A DNA stretch of 64,000 nt from the NCBI GenBank assembly GCA_016748015.1, contig JAAOMT010000590.1:1-64000 (forward strand). The letters run 5' to 3'. Made by a program: the position numbers and the translations under genes. Position 1 is the first letter of the stretch. Each line of letters opens with the position of its first letter. Positions 28,764-42,131 of this stretch are shown here, piece after piece. The stretch comes from Geosiphon pyriformis uo1. Its lineage: Eukaryota > Fungi > Glomeromycota. The notes beneath the pieces were generated by a model. That model did no database searches. It saw only the letters and a program-made list of their open reading frames with translations, and was not told the DNA's origin.

Positions 28764-29672
28764 TGTTACAAATAATTATTTGGGGTGTTAATATAAATAA
28801 CAAATTCATAACTTGTTGTTTAATAAGTAATATGATTGATAATATCTAAAAAATTTTCTGTCTAAAAGTTTTGGTTGAGTTTTTTGTATAATAAACAGAA
28901 ATTTAAGTATTGTTTTATCTGTAGCTTTCCAGAATCGCAATTTCATTGAATTTTTTTCTCAGTATGATAGTTGGCAATTCTCTGGTAAGCAATTCTTAAT
29001 TTTTATATATTCTAATCTCTTATAAAAGTTTTTTATCAAGCAATCTTTGACATTAATAACTCAGCACTTTTATTTTTTTAATCAATTAGTAAATAACCAA
29101 AAAAATAAAACAAAAAAAATAAATAAAAAAAATAAAAAAAATAAACCAAAGCAGTTAAAATTAGTATTCTGTCAATAGTCATAATCAAAAATTATTGGCC
29201 CAGTATTATTAAGTATTAGCAATTATTAACATAAATTATTGATAGGAAAAAAATAGATTATGGTAATAATAAGTATTTTATTAATATTTGGTATTTTCAC
29301 TTTAAGTTATAAAATACTATTGTATAAAAAAATAGATAGAAAAATTGAAACTGAAGATTTTAAACTAAGAATTTTTTATATTAATTTTGTCTTTTCTGGT
29401 TTTAATGCTACTGCTATATATATAAATTTTGTTATATAAGATTTCTTAAATTCTTTAATTTTCTATTCAGGAATCCTGAAATTTTTGAAATTCTGCAATT
29501 CTTTAAGAGAAATCCTGGAACTCTGGAATTCTGTAATTTTTTCTAAAAGAATCCTGTAATTCTAAAATTCTGCAATTCCTTGACAGAAATCTTAAAATTC
29601 TCTTTTATTATATCTATTTCTGATTGGCTAATTTATATACTAATATGTAATTTATATATTCTATAAGTAACA
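28764..29672 (-). repeat. A3 3' LTR
   Basis: TGTTACA...GTAACA; PPT at 29673-29690. Confidence 0.9.
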
Positions 29673-31367
29673 TTATTTTCTTTTTTTTAATATTAAGTTC
29701 TATCAAGATTTCTCAAATTTTTTAACTCTTACTTTTGAATTAAATTCTTAATTTTATTTTCTAAAATTAGTTGGGTAATTTGGATTTGTAGTTTTTGGAA
29801 TTATATATTGGTTATTTTTCTCAATTAATTACTGGTTACTGTATTTATTATTGAATAAAGTAGTATTTTTGGTTGGTCTTAAAATTCTGCTTGTAAACAG
29901 TAAATAGTTAATGCTTGTGTTGATAGATTGTTTTTCTCCACAAATTATTTAAGTTGGTATATTATTGATATATTAAATAACTATTTTGTTTTGTCAGTAT
30001 ATAAATTCTGAATATTAATAGTCTGTCCCAAATGATAATAACAAAAGTTCTTTGGAAATTGTTGTGTCCACTAATTCCAAGTTTTTTTTGTTAACTTTTG
30101 GTATATTATATCTGTTTTTGGTATTTTTATTGACAATTTTACTTTTGCTATTATCTTGTCTATTGTGTTTTTTGGTTTTTTGTCTTAATGTTTTTTTTTA
30201 GTATTCTTGTATTGAATAATTTATTGGTTGATTATAATTTTTATGTTTTATTGTTGTCACTAAATCAATTGGAATAGTTGCTATATAAGTAAATAAATGT
30301 CATTAATAACTTCTATTTTTCTGTTATTTTTATTATGTATACTGTGTCTTTATATATTATTTTTGTTAATCAATTTAACATGTTTATATTAATAATTATA
30401 ATTGATTTCAGATCTTGTGGAAGCTTATCTGGTTAGATTAATATTTGTTGTACTCCTAACTGTGAAATATTACTAGTAGATAATAATGCTATATTATAGT
30501 ATGGTTTCAATTAATCTCTATATATTGCTTTGGCTAAAATTTTGTTGTCTTATCTTAGTTTGTAAGCTCTATTTCTCAGAATTTTTTCAATGTAAAATGG
30601 TCTGTCCCATTTGGGATCAAATTTTCTACTATATTGTTTTTCTGCTTAAATACAATATAGAAGTACTTTGTTTTCAATCCTAAATTCGACTGGTTTATCT
30701 GATAACTGGTTGTCATGTCTTTCTTTTTGTTTTTCTTGTGACTTTTGAATATTGTTAGCTGCTCTTTGCTATTTGTTTTCTAGGTTTCTATTATGTTATA
30801 TGTTTTTTTCAACAATGTTTCTTGAAAATTGGCTTCTGTTATTAGGTTTATTAAATATATTTTGACTTCTATTTCAACTGATACAGTTATTGTTCTCTTA
30901 TATACCAATTCAAATAGTGTTGCTTGTGTGGTATCTTGCTTTATAGTCTGATAAGCAAATAATACTGATGATATAAACAAATTCCATTCATCCTGGTTTT
31001 TTTGACTTATTTTGGCAATTGCTTCACACAATATTCTATTGAATCTTTTGACTAAACTATTTATTTGTGAATGATATAGCAATAATAATAGTCTCTTGAT
31101 TTCAAATCTTTAACTTAATTCTGCTAATGTTCTGTTTACAAAATAAGTTTTTTGATCTGATTATAGTTCTTTTAGACATCTATGTTGGCAAATCAAATCT
31201 TGATGAATGAATTTGGCTACAGATTTTGCATCTGCTCTTTGAATTGTATTTGCTTCTGGCTATTTTATAAAATAATCTATAGCTACTACAATATATTTGT
31301 TGTCTCTGCTGGTTATTGTTAATGGTCCAACTAAATCAATTCCAATTTAATTAAATAATTGTTTCAC

Positions 31368-32773
31368 TATTACCAGTGGTTTTTGTCGATTTTTGAAACA
31401 TTTTTTAGCTCAACTAATAATACATATTATCATAATTATGCTACTAATTATAGCATATTATGTGTGTATAGACTATTTCAGTGAGTGAAAAAACAAAAAA
31501 AGATATGTAATAAAGTTGTTAAAAATGAAAAAAGTATTGTTATTATTATTTGTTTTTGGACAAAAACCAGTCTTAAATATTTTAAAAAAAAAAGAGAAGT
31601 CACATCTTTTTACCTATATCAAAAACACAACCAGCAACAAGGAAAAACCAAAACTACTTTATAAAATTATAACCAGAATTTTTTCAATTAGTCATCAAAA
31701 AAGTGTGGTGTTTAAATACCCACTTTGAAAACAAATTTATATGAATTATAAAAGAATTGTAAAAGTAAAACATAAATGAAATAGATTTTAATTAAACATT
31801 TTTATTGTTGAGACTATTTTTTAACAAGGTAATATTTTATTACTTATTTTCATATTTAATAACTTGTTCAATAAAACAAGACTTAATATAAAATAGTAAT
31901 AACACATAATTTAAAAGATCAGAAGTAATAAAACAACTTGAAATGGTGATAACAAATAGGTAAAAGATTATAAACAATATTATTCCAAATAGTAATAAAG
32001 AATATGGGAAAACATATTTGAGATTATTATAACAAGTATTTAGAGCATAAGAAGAGAGAAAAAAAGAGTAAAGAATAAAAGAAAGAACTAACTACTTACT
32101 ATAAAACTATAACAAAGAGTTGGCTTAGTATTGAACTGATACTTTTCTGAGCTGATAAAAAAGCTGTATATATAGTTAAATTACATCAAATCTATATACT
32201 ATATTAAAACTATTTAAAATACATCAATTATTTATATATTTTAATTTAATTAATTCATAATAAGCTTACTTGACATGTTATTTCCCAAAAACTAGTGATT
32301 TTAAGATGATCAAATTTAGATGGCTGGATCTAAAACATTAATTATAAATCAATAATACCAATTGTGATTATGATCAACATAATCAGAAGTATATCAATTA
32401 ATTATATTTCTTAATAACTACTTTTAAATATTGATTACAGATCTGAAATGTTAGATTGTTTTAATAAGAGCATATGAGAATTTTGGAGCATAACAAAATC
32501 TGTTATTATCAGATTACATATGTCAATCATTCATTTTCATTGGTGTTTCTTAATTTGCCAAGATTTTTTTGTATTCAACTTAGTTAAATTGTTAGATTGT
32601 GCTATATTTTTTTGTTTTAATTGGTTTAATTACTGATCATTTATTTTAGATTGCTGGCTGATTTTGTTGATTAAATGTGATAATATAAGTCTTTTTTGCA
32701 TGAATTTGATGTTAATTTTTATTGTATATGTTGTAATTTTTGCATTAAAAAACATGAAAATTTTCTAATAACA
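31368..32773 (-). mobile_element. 1.4-kb solo LTR of a fourth family (D), inserted in the A3 integrase
   Basis: Termini TATTACCAG...CTAATAACA (decayed TGTTACCAG...CTGGTAACA); 4-bp flanks TCAC/CTAT; removing it restores the integrase PIKVGQ-type motif; strand inferred from a TATA-like box near 32166-32174. Confidence 0.72.
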
Positions 32774-34989
32774 CTATTTTGATTGGTTTCAATTATTTGC
32801 TGAGTTTTGTTTCTCCTCTCTTCTGACAAATATCACAATTTTAAACATATTAGATAATATTTAAATACATGATTGGCCAATAGTATCTTTTTCTGGTTTT
32901 TTCTATAGTTGCTTCTTTATTGAAATGTTCTGCTGTTGGATTAACATATATGTTATATAGTATTGTTTTCTTCTCTGGTTCTGTAATTATTCTGGTTGGT
33001 TAATCTGAATTTTTTCTGTTTTTTTAATAAAGTATATTTTGGTGAGTAATAAAGTATTTTGATTGTTGTTTTATGTTGTTTTGTTTTTTTTGAGATAATT
33101 TTTCCTTGAACTATTAAGTATTGATATAGTGTTAAAGTTGTTGGTATTTTTGTGTTTATTTTTTGTTATATTTTTGGGTTAAAATGTTTTTAAATTTGTT
33201 TTATTTATGACAAACCATTAGTATTTTCATTTTTTTTTTATAATATACAGTATAAATATATAATGAAAGTTTTATTTTCTATCTTATATAATAATTGTTT
33301 CTAAATTTTTGTTTTTAAATTGATGTCAATTCTTTGTAATTAGTGTATATCTTGAATTTTTGGCTTAAGTATTTTTTCTACTTGATAAATGTCCAATAAA
33401 TAGTTAAGTGTTCTAATGCTAGTGTTTCATAGTTTTTTTTAGTTGGGCTTAAGCTTCAGCTGGTGTATACTACTGGATGTTTTCTTCTATCCAGTTTTTT
33501 TTGAAATAATATTGCTTTCAATGCTTGGCCTAATATATTTGTGATAATAATAAATAACTTGCTGTAATCTAAATAGATCAAAACTGAAGCTTGAATAAGT
33601 CTTCTTTGCAAGATGTCAAAAACATCTTGTTAAGCTTCTATTTATTCATATTTTATGTTCTTGGCTTAAAATTGGTAGAGTGGTTGAACCAATTTGGAAA
33701 AGTTTTGGATAAAGTGGCAATAATATTCTGTAAATTCCAAAAATGCTCTTAATTCTGTAAGATTTGTTGATACTGGAAAGTTCTTGACAATTTTTAATTT
33801 ATTGGAATCTGTTTTAATGCTGTTTTTGTCTATGACATGTCCCAAAAATTTCAGTTTTGTTTTGCCAAAGAAGTATTTGGTTGTATTTAGTTTTAATTCA
33901 GCTTTTTTTAGTCTTTTAAACACTTGCTATAGATAATAAAGATGATTATCAGATGTTTTTAAGAACAGTTATTCAAATAAACTACTACTAATTTCTATAG
34001 TAACTTAGTATAAACAATTTCTATGAGTTATTAGAAGATGGCTGGTGTATTGGTTAAGCTGAATAGCATGACTTCAAATTCGAAATTTTCTTTTCTTGTA
34101 ATGAATATGGTTTTTTCTTTGTCTTCTGGTTTCATAGTTACTTGTTAGTAATTATTATCTAAATTCAGTATTAAGAACCATTTCTTTTTTTTAAAAGTAT
34201 CAAATAATTCCTGAATTTGTAAAGTCAGATAACTGTTTCCATAAGTAACACTATTAAGTTTTTTATAATCTATACAAAAGTAAATTTTTTTATTCTTTTT
34301 TTAAACTAATATTACTGGTAATAATTATAGACTTATTAATGGCTGAATTAGTCTATTGTCTAGTATTTAGTTAATTTCTTATCAGATGGCTTTGCTGGTG
34401 GTATTTTGTATGCTTTTTGTTTAATTAACATGACATTTCTTGTCTTGATTTAATGTTGAATGATGTCAGTTCTGCCAAATTCATTTTCATTGGCAAAAAT
34501 ATTAGTAAAATTGTTGGTAATATCTTGAACTGTATACATTGAAGTGGATCTAAGTTTTTTATATTTATTTGTTCTAATTTTTCTGGTTGGAACAAATAAT
34601 ATTTCTCTTGTCTATAGATTGTTTGTAATGTAATATTCACATATCTGCACAGTTGTAGAAAATCTGAAATGGGGTTTGGTGGTTAGTTTTCAGCTTTTGG
34701 GCTTAAGTATTTGTTGGTTGTTTATTTTGGCATTTTAATTATGCTTCTTATAATATTATAGACCAGAATTTTTATGTGACTAAAGTTTTTAACTGGTATA
34801 TAAAGATTGGTGAATCTAATTTTTTCTGATTCACAAATTGTAGCTTCTGCTTCAAAAATCTGAACTTGATCTTTTACTTTTTTTTCTATGTACTGGTTGT
34901 ATGATAAAATAAAAATTGATTGATGGGTGAAAATAATTTTTTTCTTGTTAATAATTTCTTTTTTTGCCAAATTAATTGGTATGTCTATT

Positions 34990-35420
34990 CTATTCATGAA
35001 TTTGAATCCATTTATTTTTCTTGCTGTTATGCCTAATTCCTCTTTCTTTCTTACTAATACTAGTTGAATTATTTTAACCAGAGGCAGGAATATTGCCTGT
35101 GCTATTTTTTCATTGGACTTTACAGTATAAGTCTTTTCTAAGTTGTTTTGTAGCATTACAATAATATTTTTTACATATTCTGCATTAATGATTTCTTTTC
35201 TTATATTGATTTCTTTTTTGCTAAACTACTTCTAAATTCTAGTTGAACTATTATTGTTGCTGGAATTTCCAGTGCTACTTTCAAAACAATACATGTGCAT
35301 GAATGTGATTCTAATTTTATGGCATTTTTTCTTGGATATTTCAAATCAAATTCTACATTGATATCATGTATGTATTCTGACATAATATCTTCATTGTTAT
35401 TGTTGAACCATTTCAATTTT
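34990..35420 (-). pseudogene. dUTPase domain in A3 pol
   Basis: NVEFDLKYP (motif 1), FRSSLAKK (motif 2), IINAEYVKNI (motif 3), EKIAQAIF (motif 4), ARKINGFKFM (motif 5). Confidence 0.85.
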
Positions 35421-36350
35421 TGGATCTTTAAAAAATCATGGAGTGTGATGTATTGTTTGGAGTTTAAATTAAGTCTAAATCATTGCTGTTGTTATTGCTA
35501 TTTTAAATAGAACTAAAGCCATTGTTATTGTTATTATTGTTATTATTGAAGTTTAAATCTGGATTAAATAATGATTCTAATTCTGTTTTGTAGCTGCTGA
35601 TTGGTTTTTTTTCTGAGATTATGTAGATTATGTGTAGTAATAAATTGTAAATAATGTTACAATTATTACAATACTAGAAATCACATAAAATCAAACAGTG
35701 GTCACATAAGTGAGTATTAAGCTGTTTTAAATATTGTTTTTGCTTCTCTTTAGTAGGTACTAATTCCTGATAATGTTCATAGAATTGTTTTGGATCTATA
35801 ATGTCAAAAATAATATTAGAGTTTGGGATTTAAATGCTCTCTTCAGGTTTTGATAAGTTGTTTTTAATTGTTTTAATTTTTTTTAGAAACACACTCTCAA
35901 TTTTGGCAATTATCATTCTCTAAATTTTATTGTTATTATAGAAACAGTTATCTAAACATTGTACAGCTCTTCTCTAAGCAGCATTTATTGGCATTTTTTT
36001 TCTTACCCAATCACATATAAGAATTGTGTATTAACATAATTTGTCAGACATTTTTCTATGACCAGAAATGTTGTTCCATATTTTTTTGTCTAAAAAAGTC
36101 TCTCCACAAACAAAACATAATTTGTTGTCCTATTTTTTTTGCTGTTTGGGTTGTCTAAAACATTCAAAGACACATGAGTGACAATAATATTTGGTTGCTG
36201 TTGGCCATTTCTCATTGTTACTACAACATGTGCTTATTGTAGACAATTTTTTGTCACAATTAACACATATAAGCTTGGATTAATGGTAAGTTGAATTAAA
36301 ATAATTGGTGGCATATAGAGTATAAATAGAAGTTGTTACTTGTAATTTTT

Positions 36351-36385
<35 letters not shown>

Positions 36386-39242
36386 ATATAGATACCAATA
36401 ATAAATAATTGTGGTCATTGTCAGCCTATAAGACTTGATAAGCTTTTTAGATAGGTTTTTTTTCTTCTTTTTTAAACCCAATTAGTAGTACTTGTGTAGT
36501 ACTTGTTTTGAAATGATTACATATGGCTGGTACTTAAGTGTGTTGGCTATTTTGACTAAGTAATAACTCTTGAGTCGTCCAGTCAAGTACAGCATTGGTC
36601 TTGGACAGCCAATTATTACTAACTAACACTTAGTATTGGATGACTTCTATGATGAGAATTTTGATTGGCACTATGATATTATTGACTTTAAATGAGAAGT
36701 CCTTAATCTTGCCAATTGGAGTTTTTATCATTCTATTAGCAGTAATAATTTAAATACTGGCAGTGTGATCAACTTAGTGACCTAATTGGTCTATAAATTG
36801 CTTAATAATAATGCTATTTGCTAACCCATTATCTAGAATTAATTTGATGAATTGACTATCAACTTTAGTATTAGTGTATATTGTGATAATTGGTTTAGTA
36901 TTAAAAGCAGCTCAACTAAATAATGACATTTTTATTTAGTTTTCTAATTCGAATGAAAAAATGGCTACTAAAAAATTGTTATTAGTGATAGTTGTTAAAG
37001 ATATGTTGTTTATAAGTGGCTTTTGGTTAGTTTTCTAATTGTTAAATAAAGCATTTTCTGAAGTAACCAGAAAACTTAAATAGTTTTAGGAATTTGGGTT
37101 TTCTGTATACCTGTTTTCTGAACTCCATTGACATAATCTTGATAGCTGAGTTAATAAACTGGAAATTGGTTGGTGTATTACTATTACTGATTTTTAGTTT
37201 TGTTGTATATGTATGATTCTTAGTATTTGGTTTCTGGATGATATTTGAGCTGGGTTTTGTGGCAGTGTTAAGATAAATTGAAATTGATAAATTACTTGTG
37301 GCTATGGTTGATAAATAACTGGGACTAAGATTTAATAGATTGGAAGTATGTATATTGGTTGTTGCATTATTTGTAAGTAATAAGATTAATATTGATCTTG
37401 ATTTAGGGAATAATTCGGAGTTTGAAATTAGCAATCAGAGTTTTGATATTGATTGCTCAATCATTAATTATTTAATCTTAATTAGCAACCTATTTGTAAG
37501 TATTTTTGTTTACTATAATAGTGGCAGATACACATTTCCTGTTGTCACTGTTGAGTTAATGATGATAGACACAACTGATTCTAAACTTGATTAGAATTTT
37601 TTAGATTTGTATGTTATTGTGGTGGCTGATAAATAGTTTAATCGTTGTTAGTTAAGTATTCTTCTAATTTTTGATTAATAGATTCAGTAAATTGTTTCAG
37701 TTTCAAATCCAAGTCAGATAATCTGTTTATTACTAGATTAATGGCTTGGATGTAATTGACTTTTAATTTAACTGATTTAAAGTCTTAGACATGAGTGACT
37801 GTGACTTAGAGTGTTGCTAGATATAACAAACATACACATTGCAAAATACTGCTGCATAATTTGCAAATAAACTGATTCAAGATTTGTGCAACTGTAAAAT
37901 AATCAGCATCAATGATTTGTATTTGGTGCAAATTACAATGGAAGCATCTCAAGTAAATGGTAATGGCTTCAGTATTTTCTTGCTTAATAGTGATAAAGAT
38001 ATATGCTAAGCAATTAATGCTATTATTGTTGTTAAAGTATTTTAGAAATTCAACTTTGAATTCATTAAAGTTTTGGGGTTTCTGGACCAAACTCTAATAT
38101 CATGAGTCAGTAATATCTTGAAAGAAGTATGGAATTGTCTGTAATGCTTAGACATTATTCCATCTATTTGCTGCGATGGCTTTTTTCACATCATTGAGCC
38201 ATGCTTGAACATTATCTTTTTTACTGGTAAATTTCTCAAGTTTTTTTATTGGTGCATAGACCATTGGTATGAGTAACAGTAGTGATTGTAGTTGTTGTTG
38301 AAGTTGTTGCAGAGATGGTAGTTGTAGTGGTTGTTGTTATGTAGCCAGTAGTACAACTGATAGTAAATTGATTATGATTACTGAAGGTAGGTTTTGAGAA
38401 ACAATAAAAGCTGGATTTAGATTGTTCAGGTTTTGCTGAGTTTGAACATTTGGAATTTAAACTTCCAGATTTTCTAAGATCAGATTTTGTTTATTAATTT
38501 CTTAATCATTGTTCTTCTTTTCTTTGGAGTTGGTTATTTCTTAAAGACTAGTAGTTCCAAAATCTGGTTGTGATAGTAATAATTAAAATTCTGATGGCAT
38601 TGATTATTGTGAATTAAATCTCTCGAAATAATTGCCATAGGTTTCTAATAGTTTAGTTTTTTCTTGTTTACTTTGGAATAGAATTCTGACTAAAAGTGTT
38701 TTTATAGTTGTTGTAGACATGCCTGCTAATGTAATGTTAATAGTATTTTCAGGTATGTAATGATATGATAGATTGATTGGAAAATTGACTTTTGGTTTCT
38801 TCCAAGTAAGTGGTTGTAATTGCTTTGGTGTTCCTGCTGGTGTTTGCAATCTTTTTTTTCTTTGTCTGCAAAAATAATAGAAAATTATTGTTTAGCATAT
38901 TTTTCTATTTTCCTGTTTATTTTTGTAATTAGTGGTGCAAATAAACAGTTTTGTGGAAATATAGTACTTTGGAGTAGTTCATTGAAGAAATTGTTGAAGA
39001 CAAATTCTGGATTTTCTTGATTTTTCAAGTAATATATAATTTTTTTATTGATGTAATAATTGAAAGCTGATTCTGTTGGCCAATTACTATTTGTTAATCT
39101 GAAATGAATGTGATAATGTTGGAATAAAAATTTTGCAAATCCTAAGTGATTTGTTTCTATTTTTTCTGATTTTGTTACTGTTTTAGATGATTGTTGTTGG
39201 TGCTGTTTTTCTGTTAAATTATACTTTACAGAGAGCACCAAA

Positions 39243-39663
39243 TATTATAAATAATTATTTGGGATGTTAATACAAATAACAAATCTGTAACTTGGGGCTT
39301 AATAAGTAATATGGTTAATAATATTTGAAAATTTTTGTGTTTAAAGATTTTGGTTGAATCTTTAGTATAATGAATAAAGATTCAAGTATTGTTTTATCCA
39401 TAGCTTCTTGAAATCACAATTCCATCAAATTTTTTTTTCAGCATAGTGGCTAGCAATTCTTTAATAAGCAATTCTTAATTCTTATGTATTCTACTCTTTT
39501 ACAAGGGTCTTTTACTAGGCAATTTTTGATGTTAATAACTCAGTGTTTTTATTTCTTTAATCAATTAATAAAAACCCAAGAAAAAAAAGCAAAAAAAAAT
39601 AAATAAAAAAAATAAAGAAAAGTAAGCCAAGGCAGTTAAAGTTAATATCTCATCAATAGCTAT
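39243..39663 (-). repeat. A3 5' LTR, PBS-proximal part
   Basis: Matches 28764-29182. Confidence 0.9.
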
Positions 39664-40675
39664 TGTTACACATAGAAAAAAAAAAAATAATACATAATCA
39701 ATAAAAAAAACACATGATATTAAATTAGCCAATTAGAATAGAGGAAAAAAAAAGAAAATTTTTCAAGAAATCCTGGATGTTTCAGAAAATTTAAGATTAT
39801 TCAAGAAATTTCAGATGTTTTAAAAGTTGAAAATTTTTCAAGAAATTTTAGACTTTTCAGAAAATCAAAAATTTTGTAGGAAATTTAGCAAAGAAAAAAA
39901 ATTTCTCATGTAAAAAAAATTATGTATATATAGCAGTAATATTAGAAAGCAAAAAAACATTTTATTTAGAATAGAAATTTCTATTTCCATTTATCCATTA
40001 GTTATTTTAAGAATAGTTACTATTAACGAAAATAAAATCATCTAATATCAAATAAAATATACTTTTTATTATTCAAACTATGTTATTGCTATTTGTTTGA
40101 AGATTCAATTACTATTCTCTTTTATCAACACTTTATGTTGATAAAATCTAACTCTTAATTATGGCTATTGATAGAATACTAATTGTTCTTACCTTGGCTT
40201 AATTTCTTTATTTCTTAGTTTTTTTTGTTTTTTTTTATTTGGTTTTGTTTTGCTGTTTGCTAATTGTTTAAAAATTAAGCATTAAGTAAATTGATGTTAA
40301 AAAGACTAGTAAAAAACCTGTGAAACAAGAGTAAAACACTCATAAAATTAAGGATAGCTTACCAGAAGAATTATTGGTCATTATGCTAAGAAAAAAATTC
40401 AACAGAATTGCAATTCTGAAAGACTACTAAAGAAAATTATCTGCCACCAAGCTAAAAAAAAAATTTAATAGAATTGTGATTCCAAAAGACTATTGAAAAC
40501 AAATATTGAATCTTTGTCTATTATACAAAAAACTTAACCAAAACTTTCAGATTACTTAAAACATTCAAACTGAGAGAACTTTCAGATTATCAATACAATT
40601 AATATCATCAAGTTATTAAGCACCAAGTTACAGGTTTGTTATTTGTTTCCAGACCCCAAATAATTATCTGTAACA
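39664..40675 (+). mobile_element. Solo LTR of a family A subfamily (A'), inserted in opposite orientation in the A3 5' LTR
   Basis: TGTTACA...TGTAACA termini; flanks CTAT/TCAT; reverse-complement homology to A LTRs. Confidence 0.88.
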
Positions 40676-41171
40676 TCATGATTAAGAGCTATTAATCCAG
40701 TATTGTTAAGTATTAACAATTATCAACATGAATTGTTAATAGAAAAAAGATAAATTATAGTAGTAATAAATATTTTATTGATATTTGATGTTTTCATTTT
40801 AAGTCATAGAATATTATTGTATAAAAAAATGAATAAGAAAATTGAAACTAGAGATTCTAAATTAAGAATTCTTTGTATTAATTCTGTCTTTTCTGGTTTT
40901 AACACTATTGCTATATATACATAAATCTTGTTATACAAGATTCTTTGAATTCTTTAATTTTCTAACCAGAAATTTTAAAATTTCTAGAATTCTGCAATTC
41001 CTTAAAAGAAATCCTGGAATTCTGGAATTTTGCAATTTCTTCTAAAAAAATTCTGTAATTCTGCAATTCTGCAATTCTTTAACAAAAATCCTGAAATTTT
41101 TTTTTACTACATCTATTTCTGATTGGCTAATTTATATATTAATATGTAATTCATATATTTTATAAGTAATA
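40676..41171 (-). repeat. A3 5' LTR, distal (U3) part
   Basis: Matches 29180-29672, including the GGAATTCTG repeats. Confidence 0.9.
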
Positions 41172-41245
41172 CTGTCAATTTTTTTTTCAGCTTGATGGCC
41201 AGTATCTTCTGATAAGTTATTTTCAATTTCAGTTTTTATTTATAA
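41172..41245 (-). repeat. Short continuation of the A2 5' LTR, truncated
   Basis: CAATTTTTTTTTCAGCTTGATGGCCAG matches the family A LTR near 28948 and 9762. Confidence 0.65.
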
Positions 41246-42131
41246 GTGTTTTTCTAATATAAAAATATTTAAAGATAAGAGTATATGCATGACTTTATTT
41301 ATTAAGACAACAGTTAAAGCTTTTATTAAGTTGTAATATTTAATAAAATGTCAATAAGGGCAAATAAAAAGTTTTTTTTTAAAGTTTGCTTTAAAAGTTT
41401 TGATAATTAAATTCCAAAGTAATTTTTTGTGTTTTTTTTATAAGAGTAATAATTCTGAAAATTATTTACTACTGGTGTTATAGTTTTTTTTTGGGTGTAA
41501 TTAATTTAACTTTTATTGATTGTTATGAATAAATTAGAAAGTATTTTCAAAGTTAACATTAATTTTTAAGATATTTCTTGAATGTTTCAGAAAATAATCA
41601 TAATGAAAATAAATAAATTAAATATAAAATTTGAAAAAATTTGAAAAAAAATAAGAAATAATTTTGAATATAAATTTTATATATTTTTGGTTTTGGGTTT
41701 TTTTTGTAATTATTTGCTATTTTTGTTTTTACATTTGTGTATTATTAAAAAAATATTAAGATTTAGTTATTGTTTTATTATAATTATTGGTTCTAAATTT
41801 TAAAAAACATCTTTGAAATTAATTAAAAGAGAATGTTTACCAATTTGTAAAATTAATGATTTAAGATTGTTTTTGAAATAATAGTGTTTCAATTAATTTT
41901 TAAATGCAATTTTTGCTAATATTTTGTCATTCAGTTTTAATTATATAATTTATTATTTAAAATTTTATGAATATAAAATAGTTTATTCTATTTATGTTCA
42001 ATTTTCCATTTTATTGTTTTTTAGTTCTAATTTTGTGTAAGAAAACTTTGTTTCTAACTTTAAATTCATAAATAACTAGCAGTAATTTGTTATCATGTTG
42101 TTTTTTTATTGGACTTGAGAGTGTTTAATAT
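41246..42131 (-). mobile_element. Family B copy B2, part 1 (partial ORF3 and end of IN; 3' LTR missing)
   Basis: Colinear with B1 19155-20058. Confidence 0.85.

Larger units (their letters stand above)
28764..41171 (-). mobile_element. Full-length decayed Ty3/gypsy family A copy A3, inserted in the A2 5' LTR and carrying two solo-LTR insertions
   Basis: 3' LTR 28764-29672; 5' LTR 39243-39663 plus 40676-41171; PBS 39240-39224; TSD TTAT/CTGT (differ only by transitions); gag 37806-39241; PR ~36530-36890; RT fragment 33666-33923; IN fragment 30780-31082. Confidence 0.9.

Noticed and set aside
31516-31728. 70-aa ORF with a hydrophobic N-terminus inside solo LTR D
   Set aside because: Low-complexity AT-rich sequence, single copy, no supporting motif
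31365-32778. CACTA transposon, or a 7-bp TSD (CACTATT occurs at both ends)
   Set aside because: The motif is a direct rather than inverted repeat, and only the LTR plus 4-bp TSD reading restores the integrase length
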